A DNA stretch of 64,000 nt, taken from positions 186,001 through 250,000 of the IMG/VR virus record IMGVR_UViG_3300033143_006101. The stretch is one strand, 5' to 3'. How positions within the stretch are numbered: position 1 is the first letter of the stretch; each line of letters opens with the position of its first letter. Both the position numbers and the translations under genes were made by a program. A model generated the notes under the pieces. It worked only from the letters and a program-made list of their open reading frames with translations. It was not told the DNA's origin and searched no databases. This document shows, one piece after another, positions 1-10,078 of the stretch.

Positions 1-190
1 CAAACCTTACTCATGATTTTTCAGACATAGGCCCTCTTAGTATAGTAATCAAAATGCAACAATGTAATGGACAACCTGTCGCTAAGATATCCGATTCACC
101 TGGAAAAATAATGTGCCAAGACGAGCAGTATCTTAATTATTTAAAAAGAGTATTCGAAGTAACAGCTGACTAATACACTGGAGATCAACT

Positions 191-457
191 ATGCTAAATT
201 CTTTACAAAAATATTTAATAAACCACAACAGTAAAGAGCTACAAGACTTCAAGTATCCCTTCATGCCTCAATGTATTATTCATGTTAGTATTACCATAAC
301 AAAACATTCCTTCTCCGATAAATTTTATTGGTATGGAAGAGTAGACTTTGAAAACGGCAATACTAAAGGTAAACAGCGATTTGGCGATAGTGATGATTTT
401 GAATCTTTAGTACATGAAATGAATGAATTTATAAAAAGCCTAGAAGGACAAAAATGA
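191..457 (+). CDS. hypothetical protein
   Basis: 88-aa ORF; stop overlaps the start of the next ORF (454). Confidence 0.55.
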   Translation: MLNSLQKYLINHNSKELQDFKYPFMPQCIIHVSITITKHSFSDKFYWYGRVDFENGNTKGKQRFGDSDDFESLVHEMNEFIKSLEGQK

Positions 458-777
458 AAGAGAACAGAATAACAATAGATTTTATGCATAATGACGAAAG
501 TTATTCTGCATGCTATAAAGCAGATTTTTACGCAGATAAATATATAGACCATCGTCTTCAAAAAGTATTGAAATGTAACGACACAATTGTAGGCTCTATG
601 ATTAAAGATAGAAACTTAATGAAAACCTTTTCGATTGCAGGTGATGGTATAGAAGAACACCCCCCACAATACGGATTCCCCCACATCACAGGAGCTATGG
701 AATATATAGCAGAACTTGATTTATTATTACCCCATTGGCTTATAAAACCCAGGAGAAAAGATGAGAATCTCGATTAA
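454..777 (+). CDS. hypothetical protein
   Basis: 107-aa ORF overlapping both neighbours. Confidence 0.55.
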   Translation: MKENRITIDFMHNDESYSACYKADFYADKYIDHRLQKVLKCNDTIVGSMIKDRNLMKTFSIAGDGIEEHPPQYGFPHITGAMEYIAELDLLLPHWLIKPRRKDENLD

Positions 778-2677
778 AGGACAACAACACAACCTCACTC
801 CCTCAAAGATCATAGGACAAGGAGGAGAAGCTGTCATATATAAAATAGATCAGAATACTGTTGCAAAAATATTCAAAGATAGTAATCACCCCGACTTCAT
901 TACTAAAGAAGAGAAAGATGCAGTTAAATTTAGACTAAAAGAGCACCAGAAAAAACTCCTTGAATTTCCCCAGGGGCTACCGTCAAATGTAATTGCACCA
1001 AAAGACATTATACAGGATAATAATAAAGTAATCGGGTATACAATGCAATTAGTATCCGCAGCTGAAGTATTGAAAAAGTACAGTGAAAAACAATTCCGAC
1101 AAATGGGCATAAATAACAGTACTGTAATAGATATTTTTTGGATGCTCAGAAATATTGTAACTAAAGTACATGAAAAAGATATAGTCATAGGCGACTTTAA
1201 TGATTTAAATATTATGGTTGTAAATACTAGTTCATATTTAATAGATACTGATAGCTTTCAATATGGGAAATGGTTATGCCGAGTATATACAACCAGATTT
1301 GTGGATCCATTAAATTGTAATGGAGAGATGATATTATCAAAACCACATAATAAAAATTCTGATTGGTATGCGTTCAATATTTTATTATTTCAATCATTAT
1401 TATTAGTAGATCCTTATGGAGGCGTGTTCAAACCAAAAGATAAAAGCCAAAACATACCTCATAACAAAAGACCTTTATATAGAATTACAGTATTCAACAA
1501 TGAAGTTAAATATCCTAAACCAGCAACACCGTATAGCATATTACAAGATGATCTATTACATCATTTCCAACAAGTATTTGAAAAAGATATTAGAACACCG
1601 TTTCCGGAAAAACTTTTAGAAATGGAATGGAAAAAATGTAAGAAATGTGATTTAATGCATGCTAGATCACAATGCCCTATTTGTATAGGCATAGTACCAG
1701 CACCAATAATAAAAGAGGCTATTCAAGTAAGAGGAAAAGTGACTGCTACAAAGAAATTTACAACAAAAGGTATTATCGTATTTGCTCAGGTATTAAATAA
1801 TAAATTATATTGGTTATTTACTAAAAAAGATGACAGTACCCCCATCTTATTTTTAGGTGTAGATAAAACAGAATCTGAATTACAAAAAGTAGTCCTAAGA
1901 CCCGGTAAAAGATTCAGAATATATAATAATTGTTATGTAGAAGGGCAAACTACAAAACTTTATTATAATGCAACTAAAACCAGGCACCCAGGACAGCAAA
2001 GTGCCCTCGATAGTCTGACCGTAGATGCTCTTGGTAGATTATCTATGTTTGATACTAATTCCAAACACATATATTGGGTAGATCAAGGAAAATTATTTAG
2101 AGATAATCAAACACATAGTATTGGTAACGATGCAACTACGATTGGAGAAATACTACAAAACCAAACATTATTCTGGGTAGGAGAAAAATTTGGATTTGGA
2201 TTTTATAGAGCGGGTAACTACACAACAGCGTTTACTTTCGATGCTGAAAAGAAAGGTATAAATGATACCATTATATTACCGTTTCATATCAAAGGACAAT
2301 TACTTGATTCCACATGTGTCTTTTCCAGTAATTTATGCTGGTTTTTTGTCTCAGTGCAAGAGAAAGGAAAAACAATTAATAAATGTACTGTCATTAACTA
2401 TATATTTCAACCTAATAAATGGGATTATAAAGAAGCAGAAGCTAATGATGGCTCCTGGCTCGGAGAAATACGAGGAAAAGCAGCCGTAGATAATATTTTA
2501 TTCTCAGCAACAGATGAAGGTATCGTTAGAATGAAAGCAGAAAATGATTGTATATATGAAGACACCGTATATCCTGATACAGAACCATTCGTTCATGCCG
2601 GATGTTATTTATTCATAGATCAAAATGGTCTTTATTCAATTAATAGAAATTCTATCACACATTTAAATATGAAATAG
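761..2677 (+). CDS. Ser/Thr protein kinase, YegI/TerY-associated type, with long C-terminal beta-rich domain
   Basis: Gly loop IGQGGEAVIY, AKIFK lysine, catalytic loop GDFNDLN, Mg-binding LIDTDS, CxxC-CxxC linker (CKKCDLMHARSQCPIC). Confidence 0.85.
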   Translation: MRISIKGQQHNLTPSKIIGQGGEAVIYKIDQNTVAKIFKDSNHPDFITKEEKDAVKFRLKEHQKKLLEFPQGLPSNVIAPKDIIQDNNKVIGYTMQLVSAAEVLKKYSEKQFRQMGINNSTVIDIFWMLRNIVTKVHEKDIVIGDFNDLNIMVVNTSSYLIDTDSFQYGKWLCRVYTTRFVDPLNCNGEMILSKPHNKNSDWYAFNILLFQSLLLVDPYGGVFKPKDKSQNIPHNKRPLYRITVFNNEVKYPKPATPYSILQDDLLHHFQQVFEKDIRTPFPEKLLEMEWKKCKKCDLMHARSQCPICIGIVPAPIIKEAIQVRGKVTATKKFTTKGIIVFAQVLNNKLYWLFTKKDDSTPILFLGVDKTESELQKVVLRPGKRFRIYNNCYVEGQTTKLYYNATKTRHPGQQSALDSLTVDALGRLSMFDTNSKHIYWVDQGKLFRDNQTHSIGNDATTIGEILQNQTLFWVGEKFGFGFYRAGNYTTAFTFDAEKKGINDTIILPFHIKGQLLDSTCVFSSNLCWFFVSVQEKGKTINKCTVINYIFQPNKWDYKEAEANDGSWLGEIRGKAAVDNILFSATDEGIVRMKAENDCIYEDTVYPDTEPFVHAGCYLFIDQNGLYSINRNSITHLNMK

Positions 2678-2690
2678 GAGGGCGTAATTA

Positions 2691-2804
2691 ATGGATCCAC
2701 TAAGAGAACGTAAACCAACTTTTAAAGAACAATGCTGGACTGCATTACCAGGAATAATATGTATCGTTATTATTTTAGGCGTAATAGTTTTTATATGTAA
2801 TTAA
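2691..2804 (+). CDS. small single-TM protein (37 aa)
   Basis: GGAGG upstream; MDPLRERKPTFKEQCWTALPGIICIVIILGVIVFICN. Confidence 0.45.
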   Translation: MDPLRERKPTFKEQCWTALPGIICIVIILGVIVFICN

Positions 2805-2834
2805 ATACAAAATAGGAGATTAAAGGAGGACACA

Positions 2835-3857
2835 ATGATAGTACCAAGTATTTACAAAAAAGATAACGCAGGAAGCTGGTCTTATAGACCAGATGAGATG
2901 AAAATATTTGAAGAAGCAGTGACTCACGCTAATGCAAATAAAATACCACATTCTTCAAAGGATAAGAAAAAAGTTCATCTATTACTCATTGATGTACAAA
3001 AAGATTTCTGTCACAAAGAAGGAAATTTGTATGTAGGAGGAAGAAGTGGAGAAGGAGCAATCGAAGATAGCCAACGTATAACAGAGTTCATCTATCGAAA
3101 AGTTGATAGAATAACAGAAATCACAACAACACTGGATACTCACTTTGCATTCCAAATTTTCTTCCCATGGTTTTGGTTGGACATTAATGATCGATACCTA
3201 GAAGCTCATTCTGTTATAGACACAGACATGATCAAGACCAGAAAAGTTAGACCTAATCCTGCTATAAGCTGGTGGTTAGCTAATAATAATTACATGTGGC
3301 TAGAGCAGTATGTTGCTCATTATACCACGGAGCTTGAAAAAGCTGGCAAATATCAATTGTATATTTGGCCACCACACTGCATTATCGGTAGCGAGGGGCA
3401 TAACGTAGTAGGGATCATACACGAAGCCAGGATGTTTCATTGTTTTGCTCGAGGGTCCCAATCCTTAGCTGAGATTAAAGGAGGGCATCCATTAACAGAG
3501 AATTATTCTGTGCTTTCTCCAGAAGTAAGAACGAGACAAGACGGGCAAGTGCTTACACAAAAGAATGTTAGATTCATTAAAACACTTTTAGATTCTGACA
3601 TTGTAATTATAGCAGGACAAGCAGCAAGTCACTGTGTAAAAAGTACAATTGATGATCTACTTGGAGAAATTAAAGCACAAGATCCGAGTCTTGCTAAGAA
3701 AATCTACATCATGAAAGATTGTATGAGTTCAGTAGTAGTTCCGAGTGGTCCGGATTTCACAGATGATGCTAATAACGCCCTAGATCAATTTGCATCTGAA
3801 GGTATGCACGTTGTAGAATCTACAGATGATAAATGGTTGGATGAGGCTTTATCATGA
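2835..3857 (+). CDS. cysteine hydrolase, isochorismatase/nicotinamidase family
   Basis: LLLIDVQKDFC, TLDTH, WPPHC, EIKG and GQAASHCVKST match the PncA-type D/K/C triad and metal ligands; RBS GGAGG. Confidence 0.85.
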   Translation: MIVPSIYKKDNAGSWSYRPDEMKIFEEAVTHANANKIPHSSKDKKKVHLLLIDVQKDFCHKEGNLYVGGRSGEGAIEDSQRITEFIYRKVDRITEITTTLDTHFAFQIFFPWFWLDINDRYLEAHSVIDTDMIKTRKVRPNPAISWWLANNNYMWLEQYVAHYTTELEKAGKYQLYIWPPHCIIGSEGHNVVGIIHEARMFHCFARGSQSLAEIKGGHPLTENYSVLSPEVRTRQDGQVLTQKNVRFIKTLLDSDIVIIAGQAASHCVKSTIDDLLGEIKAQDPSLAKKIYIMKDCMSSVVVPSGPDFTDDANNALDQFASEGMHVVESTDDKWLDEALS

Positions 3858-4043
3858 GTTGTATAGTGTGTGGTGAAGAACATGTAATAGTGTATATGGG
3901 ATTATCAGGAGCACCTAGTTTCTGTGAAAAACACGATACTTTAAAAAAAGCAGAGGAATACAGTATTGATTATGAACGACAACTAGAGGCCACAGGAAGA
4001 ATCGAAAACAATAAAAAATTACAAACAGCATGAGGAAAAACAA

Positions 4044-5300
4044 ATGACACAGGAAGAGGCAATTAACTCCATTTTTGGTGGAGATGACGTTTTTTTAACG
4101 GGAGGCCCGGGAACAGGCAAAACCCATGTAATTAATACGATTAAATCTATGATACGAAATAGAAATGTGGCCTGTACTGCCACAACAGGTATAGCTGCCA
4201 CTCATATAGATGGTAAAACTATACATTCATGGGCAGGGATAGGTATAAAAGGAGAGGCCGAACTTAATAACCTATCAGTTTTAGAAGATATTGCACATAA
4301 GAAGTGGACAAGAGAACGAGTTAGACAAACAGATATTCTTATCATAGATGAGATCTCCATGCTTCATCCATATCAATTACAAGCCGTTAATTTAATATGT
4401 CAATACGCAAGAAACACATCAGCTTTATTTGGTGGAATCCAAACTGTCCTATGTGGAGATTTTTTTCAATTGCCCCCTGTATTAGATAACTATCATGCTA
4501 ATGATAAAACATATGTCTTTGAAGCTGAAATTTGGGAGCACCTGGATCCAAAGATATGTTACTTATATCAAACATATAGACATGATGATACGGTATTTAT
4601 TTCAATACTGAATGAGATAAGAAGAAATAGTATATCAGATAGCAATAAAACAATGTTATACAATAAAATCAATCAACCAATTGATAATAAGTATAACCCA
4701 ACAAAGCTATTTGCTACTAATGCTGACGTTGATGCAATTAACAATTTGGAATTAGCTAAAATCCAAGAACAACCTCATTTTTTTACAATGGATAAATGGG
4801 CTATAAACGATTTTGCTCTAAAAAGTCTTTTGAAGGCTTGTTTAGCACCTGAAATACTACAATTAAAAGTTGGTGCGATAGTAATGTTTTTAAAGAATCA
4901 TGGTAGCTCGTATGCTAATGGTACAATTGGAAAAGTAATAAGATTTGATGAAGATGGAGACCCTGTAGTAGAAACAACTAATGGCACTATTGTCCATGTA
5001 CAACCAGACGCATGGGAAAGACAAGAATATAATAAAAGTTCAGGACTTAGCGAAACAATTGCTAGTGTAACTCAATTGCCTATACGTTTAGCCTGGGCGA
5101 TTACTATTCATAAATCTCAAGGTATGTCACTGGATTGTGCTGCAATGGATTTATCGAAATCTTTTGAAGATGGTATGGGGTATGTTGGGCTCTCGAGAGT
5201 ACGATCATTATCCGGAATTAAATTATTAGGATTGAATGATCAAGCTCTGAGAGTAGATGATAAAGTAATAGCATTTGACGAAGGAATTAAGGATATGTAA
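4044..5300 (+). CDS. Pif1/RecD-like SF1B DNA helicase
   Basis: Walker A GGPGTGKT, IIDEISM, CGDFFQLPPV, QLPIRLAWAITIHKSQGMSLD, YVGLSRV. Confidence 0.92.
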   Translation: MTQEEAINSIFGGDDVFLTGGPGTGKTHVINTIKSMIRNRNVACTATTGIAATHIDGKTIHSWAGIGIKGEAELNNLSVLEDIAHKKWTRERVRQTDILIIDEISMLHPYQLQAVNLICQYARNTSALFGGIQTVLCGDFFQLPPVLDNYHANDKTYVFEAEIWEHLDPKICYLYQTYRHDDTVFISILNEIRRNSISDSNKTMLYNKINQPIDNKYNPTKLFATNADVDAINNLELAKIQEQPHFFTMDKWAINDFALKSLLKACLAPEILQLKVGAIVMFLKNHGSSYANGTIGKVIRFDEDGDPVVETTNGTIVHVQPDAWERQEYNKSSGLSETIASVTQLPIRLAWAITIHKSQGMSLDCAAMDLSKSFEDGMGYVGLSRVRSLSGIKLLGLNDQALRVDDKVIAFDEGIKDM

Positions 5301-5302
5301 CT

Positions 5303-5917
5303 ATGAAATGGTATGTAGCAAGAACTAAGCATGGGGAAACTATATGTGAGCATACTACTTGGGACCAATTTAAATCTAAAGTAGACGGTGTGAAAGGTAT
5401 GACCTTTAAAAGTTTTGAGAGCAAAACAGCCGCTGAACAATGGATCCAACAACCACCAGTTCCTTATAGAACTGCAGACACCCCACACGAAAAGGATGTA
5501 ATTTATCTTTATGTGGACGGATCCTTCTCTTCAAAAAGAAACATCTCCGGATGGGGTTGGGTTGCTGTTAAAAATGATAAAAGAATAAGTGAAAATTATG
5601 GCTATCTAGATAATCTTTATGGCAGTAGAAATATTGTAGGAGAATTAACTGCCACACAGCAAGGAGTAGCAAGCATGACACCTATAAGAAATGGGCTTCC
5701 AATAGTTGTTGTACATGACTATATTGGTATAGCTAATTGGGCTTTAGGATATTGGGCAGCACGTAAAGAAGTAGCTATAGAATATAAACATTTCATGAGG
5801 CAATTCACTCATCTGATAGAGTCTAATCAATTGAGATTCGAAAAAGTAAGTGGACATAAAGATATTAAATGGAATGATTATGCAGACGAACTAACAAGAA
5901 AAGGATACCCTGATTAA
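5303..5917 (+). CDS. rnhA: ribonuclease HI with N-terminal hybrid-binding (Cauli_VI-like) domain
   Basis: N-terminal YVAR...WDQFKSKVDG...FKSF; catalytic YVDGS, GELTA, HDY, KVSGH...NDYADEL. Confidence 0.88.
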   Translation: MKWYVARTKHGETICEHTTWDQFKSKVDGVKGMTFKSFESKTAAEQWIQQPPVPYRTADTPHEKDVIYLYVDGSFSSKRNISGWGWVAVKNDKRISENYGYLDNLYGSRNIVGELTATQQGVASMTPIRNGLPIVVVHDYIGIANWALGYWAARKEVAIEYKHFMRQFTHLIESNQLRFEKVSGHKDIKWNDYADELTRKGYPD

Positions 5918-6309
5918 ATGAATGATACCTACACAGTACTAATAGAAAGATCATATTGGATAAGATTTATAACTTTCTTCCTTATCTCCAAATACAGAAA
6001 ACTAAAACACCATGAATGGTTTATAAATATAAAAGGTAATATTGCTTTAAAGAAAGCAGTAAAGCGTTATAGAAAAATTTATGTGGAGTATATTTTATAT
6101 GAAGATAATAAGAAAACGACTAAAAACTTATAGAACCTATATGGAATGCCCAGAATGTAAACAAGGGTTTATGATGTATAATATGACTGCAGTAAGTGGT
6201 GGAAAAGTTATCTTATATCGACATATTTGCAACAAATGTGGGATCGAGAAAGCATACGAAAAAACATATCCTTATGATACACAAGTAGAAGGAATAGCAA
6301 GAGTAGAAG

Positions 6310-6510
6310 ATGAATAAAATGAATTTAAAAAATAAAATACGAGTTGATATTGTTAGACATTTTATGTATTGGATTACTAGTATATTATGTATTATAGATG
6401 GCATTATTATAACTATTACTTTTGGATTTATAGATCCAGAATGGAGCTTAAATTATGGAAAAAGAACAATACATTACCAAGCAAAGTGGAGCGAACGATG
6501 GAAAAAGTAA
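6310..6510 (+). CDS. small membrane protein, paralog of 6498-6677
   Basis: hydrophobic segment with IIDGI..T.G...W shared with next ORF. Confidence 0.5.
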   Translation: MNKMNLKNKIRVDIVRHFMYWITSILCIIDGIIITITFGFIDPEWSLNYGKRTIHYQAKWSERWKK

Positions 6511-6677
6511 TACATTTCTTTAAATGGATAAAAAGTTTTGGTCTTATCATAGATGGAATTTGTGGGCTTCTTACTTTAGGAATGTATCGTAGTCGTTGGA
6601 ACCATAAAGCTTTGAAAAAAATAATTGTAATTCAATGTAATCAACGAATAAAATTAAAACAGGAGGCAAGCAAATGA
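6498..6677 (+). CDS. small membrane protein, paralog of 6310-6510
   Basis: ATG at 6498 (in frame with the tracked 6387 ORF); LIIDGICGLLTLGMYRSRW. Confidence 0.5.
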   Translation: MEKVIHFFKWIKSFGLIIDGICGLLTLGMYRSRWNHKALKKIIVIQCNQRIKLKQEASK

Positions 6678-7459
6678 GTACAGATGCAAATGATTTAATT
6701 CAAAGTGCCCAAGACGAAGGTCTAATCTCTCCAGAAAGTGGGAAAATATTAAACATACCGGATCTTGGAGCACAGATTCAAGACGCGTTAGGCGTAGAAG
6801 TGGACGATGTCCAAGCAAGTGAAGTTATCTTAGTTACTGTTATGCCAGATGATTCGGGATCTATTGCTATGGCCGATAATGAAGAGGCTATTCAAGAAGG
6901 TCATAATCTTGTACTAGATGCCTTGTTAGAATCAAAACAAACAGACGAGATTTTATTTCATACCAGATATTTAAATGGATATGTACTAAATCCATTCTGT
7001 TTTCTTAATACTGCTAATAAACTAACAGGCCAAAATTATCAAGCGGATAAAGGAACCCCGTTATATGATAATACAATTTTCCTATTAGCATCCATTCTAA
7101 CAAAAACCCAGGATTTTATGGACAATAATAGTGTACCCACACGTACAATTACATTAATTGTAACAGATGGAGAAGATATGCATTCAGTAAATCATACTGC
7201 AGACAATGTAAAAACAGTTATAACAGATATGCTAAAACAAGAGAATCATATCATAGCAGGTATGGGAGTAGATAATGGAGCTACTGATTTCAAAGAAGTA
7301 TTCAAAGAAATGGGTATACAGGATAGATGGATCCTTACACCCAAAAATAATGCGAGTGATATTCATAAGTGTTTTCAAGTATTTTCTCAATCTGCTATAA
7401 GAGCCAGCCAGGGTGCAGCAAACTTTTCCAAAACAAATTTAGGAGGTTTCGGAAACTAA
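6674..7459 (+). CDS. vWA (MIDAS) domain protein, TerY-like
   Basis: MIDAS-like DDSGSI, GTPLYD, LIVTDGED, AGMGV. Confidence 0.85.
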   Translation: MSTDANDLIQSAQDEGLISPESGKILNIPDLGAQIQDALGVEVDDVQASEVILVTVMPDDSGSIAMADNEEAIQEGHNLVLDALLESKQTDEILFHTRYLNGYVLNPFCFLNTANKLTGQNYQADKGTPLYDNTIFLLASILTKTQDFMDNNSVPTRTITLIVTDGEDMHSVNHTADNVKTVITDMLKQENHIIAGMGVDNGATDFKEVFKEMGIQDRWILTPKNNASDIHKCFQVFSQSAIRASQGAANFSKTNLGGFGN

Positions 7460-7461
7460 AC

Positions 7462-7489
7462 AAAAACCCCGCTACTCAGCGGGGTTTTT
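7462..7489. terminator. bidirectional intrinsic terminator between convergent blocks
   Basis: AAAAACCCCGC-TACTCA-GCGGGGTTTTT. Confidence 0.85.
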
Positions 7490-7626
7490 AAATAATTCCA
7501 TTATTTTATCAATTACTTCATCTACCTTGATATCCAGTAACTGTATTGTAGCATTATAGCAATCTAAATTAGTTAATGCATCATGATCTGGGAATCGCAG
7601 AACTAAATCTTTTGCTAATATTTCTT

Positions 7627-8808
7627 TTAGCTTCTCCCTAACATTAATGTCGTCCATTCATCTGTTTTAAGTAGCCCATCAAATTCCGGGGCATACACTA
7701 TTACCTCATTACCAATTTGTTGTAACAATAATCCAATAGTATCCTCATCTACTAATACAAAATCCCCTGGTTCAGCATCATTAGTATCAGCAACAGCAAC
7801 TTCTAATATTTCTACGACATCTATTGGAAGCACTAACTCTCTCTCTAAATCAGGAAGATATACTTTAGTTAATTTATTAAAAGTCTCAGATTGTAACCCT
7901 ATAAAATCACCTAAAACCACTTGTATCAATCCCAATGGCTGTTTAACAAAAATAGTTTGTTTAACACGCACCGGTTTAACATCAAAACTCCATTCTGGAC
8001 CGGCAGATTTAACACGATCAAGATTAGCAGAAGCTGTTTCTTCTGGTTCGATCCCCTCATAATAAGGACGCATTTTTTCTCTCATTTCTTCCGGAATCTC
8101 TTCACCCATAGACATCTCTGCAGGTATAGACATTTCCCCAAACATCATCGGAGCCAATGTGTATCTATCTACATTTACAGGAGGTAATTGAAGCATCAAT
8201 TCTGTCTTTTCTTCTATTATTTTATCTTCATCCTCCCACATATGTAACCCGGGAGCATCATTAGGTATCTGATCAATATCGCTAGGAGGATAAACATGAA
8301 GATATCCTTTACACCCAGGATGTGTCATCCAAAAAATTGGGGCTACGGGGTAACCTTGATTAGCCGCATCATCTTTAGCTGCCGCAAGTACCCCAATTAA
8401 ATCCCATGGATTCTTATCCGCTACCCTATCACAAACATCTTCTTTATGTGAAGGATCGGGATTAATTATGAAATCCATTACTACATATCCTAAACTTTGG
8501 AGATAACGTAAAACAGCAAAAGAATGATCAACATTAACATCCCCAAGTCTAGCATATAACTCATCAGGGATATTTAATTTATATGTATAAACTTTTACCT
8601 CTCCGACTTCTAACTGAGGTTCGATTACTGGGAGCTCATCTTCTTGATCTTCTAAAAAATTAGGGGGAACATCTTTTCCTTGTTCAACATCTTCTACTCT
8701 ATCTTCTATTTCAGTATCAGCAGAATCTTTATACTCATCCACAGGAGATCCAAAGAATTTTTTAACCTCACTCAAAATTGTATCAAAAACACCGGCTTGT
8801 TTATCCAT
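7627..8808 (-). CDS. acidic virion-type protein with MuF/gp7-like head morphogenesis motif
   Basis: EDVCDRVA...PIFWMTHPGCKGYL resembles the MuF C..C...HPNCRC signature. Confidence 0.5.
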   Translation of the reverse strand: MDKQAGVFDTILSEVKKFFGSPVDEYKDSADTEIEDRVEDVEQGKDVPPNFLEDQEDELPVIEPQLEVGEVKVYTYKLNIPDELYARLGDVNVDHSFAVLRYLQSLGYVVMDFIINPDPSHKEDVCDRVADKNPWDLIGVLAAAKDDAANQGYPVAPIFWMTHPGCKGYLHVYPPSDIDQIPNDAPGLHMWEDEDKIIEEKTELMLQLPPVNVDRYTLAPMMFGEMSIPAEMSMGEEIPEEMREKMRPYYEGIEPEETASANLDRVKSAGPEWSFDVKPVRVKQTIFVKQPLGLIQVVLGDFIGLQSETFNKLTKVYLPDLERELVLPIDVVEILEVAVADTNDAEPGDFVLVDEDTIGLLLQQIGNEVIVYAPEFDGLLKTDEWTTLMLGRS

Positions 8809-9238
8809 ATCTATACCACAATTCGTTCGTTTTTATCTTTAATGGCTTGATCAATTACATTAAATACTAATTCTCGCATATCATCTGGAACTAATCGCAT
8901 CACATTTGCTGTTACTTCCATAATTTCAACAGGTTGAATACTTCTAGAAGTATACACATTAAATTTACCTTCTTTTTTTATAATGTGAAACGAAAAATCG
9001 CTGTTTTCTATCTGTGGATCCATAGTTAAATTGTTTATTCTGTATTATTTTGTGCCTCAAACAATACTTGAGCTAATTCAGTGTAATACCCATGAACTTC
9101 ACTAACTAATTTATACATTACATTTTCAGGAACCGAACCAGCAAATACTCGAGTAATCATATCCTTGATTGACTTTTTTGTAGCTTGTTGTACTTCTTCT
9201 TCTGTACTAATTTTTCTCTTCATCTTGTCTCCTTAAAG

Positions 9239-9688
9239 TTATTCATCTCTAGTATAAATTTTTCTGTCTTCAAAAGCTTTATACGTATCGCTTTTGTCAG
9301 TATTTACATGACTAATATCTTTAGTACTTTTTATTTCCTTTGATCTTAGTTTAAATACTGATTCTTTACTAAGAAGTTGACTACCACCAGCATCCCATCT
9401 AACCATAATAGTGTCACCATCAGGACGAATACCTGTTACTTCCCCTATTCTAGCTGTGGATCTGGATTTTATAGTATCTCCTATTGAGATTTCCTCTTCT
9501 TGAATGAACACATCAATCAGATCTTCTCTTCTAGCCATTCTTAATGTTCTTTTAACCATTTGATTAGAATATCTTAAACCGTTATAAGCCATCCAATCCA
9601 TAATCTTTTCATTAGGTACATTGGATATAGCCATACGATATAATGGTACAATATATTCGGCATCTGCAGCCCATTTACTTCCAGACAT
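9239..9688 (-). CDS. hypothetical protein with C-terminal SH3/KOW-like barrel
   Basis: ISIGDTIKSR..RIGEVTGI....TIMVRWD; RBS GGAGG. Confidence 0.55.
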   Translation of the reverse strand: MSGSKWAADAEYIVPLYRMAISNVPNEKIMDWMAYNGLRYSNQMVKRTLRMARREDLIDVFIQEEEISIGDTIKSRSTARIGEVTGIRPDGDTIMVRWDAGGSQLLSKESVFKLRSKEIKSTKDISHVNTDKSDTYKAFEDRKIYTRDE

Positions 9689-9699
9689 AATAATTCCTC

Positions 9700-10038
9700 C
9701 TAAACAGGTATAATCTTTGCTTCTACTTTAATCTCATTTTCCTTCATATGTTCTTTATAACCGCCTGTTCTCTCAATTACTCTATTACAATACTTACAAA
9801 AATGTAACCCATTAGGTAGCAGCTCTACTGGATGCTTATAATTTTGTTGGCATTCTTCACCAGCACAAGCTTTACATAAATGCACATCCTTTTGTGAACT
9901 AAGCTTGATTCCTTGAATTATTTTTGGGTCTATCGGAGCACTGTGTGGATCTATAATAATAATCCCACAACTTTTGCAATAGTACTCTTTCAACGCAAAT
10001 TTACCAGGCTTAATATTAGGTTCTCTTCCTTGTATCAT
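9700..10038 (-). CDS. Cys-rich putative zinc-finger protein
   Basis: CKSC, CKAC, CKYC. Confidence 0.5.
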   Translation of the reverse strand: MIQGREPNIKPGKFALKEYYCKSCGIIIIDPHSAPIDPKIIQGIKLSSQKDVHLCKACAGEECQQNYKHPVELLPNGLHFCKYCNRVIERTGGYKEHMKENEIKVEAKIIPV

Positions 10039-10078
10039 AACGCTTAAATAATAGACAAAGTTTTTCTAAAATTAAGGT

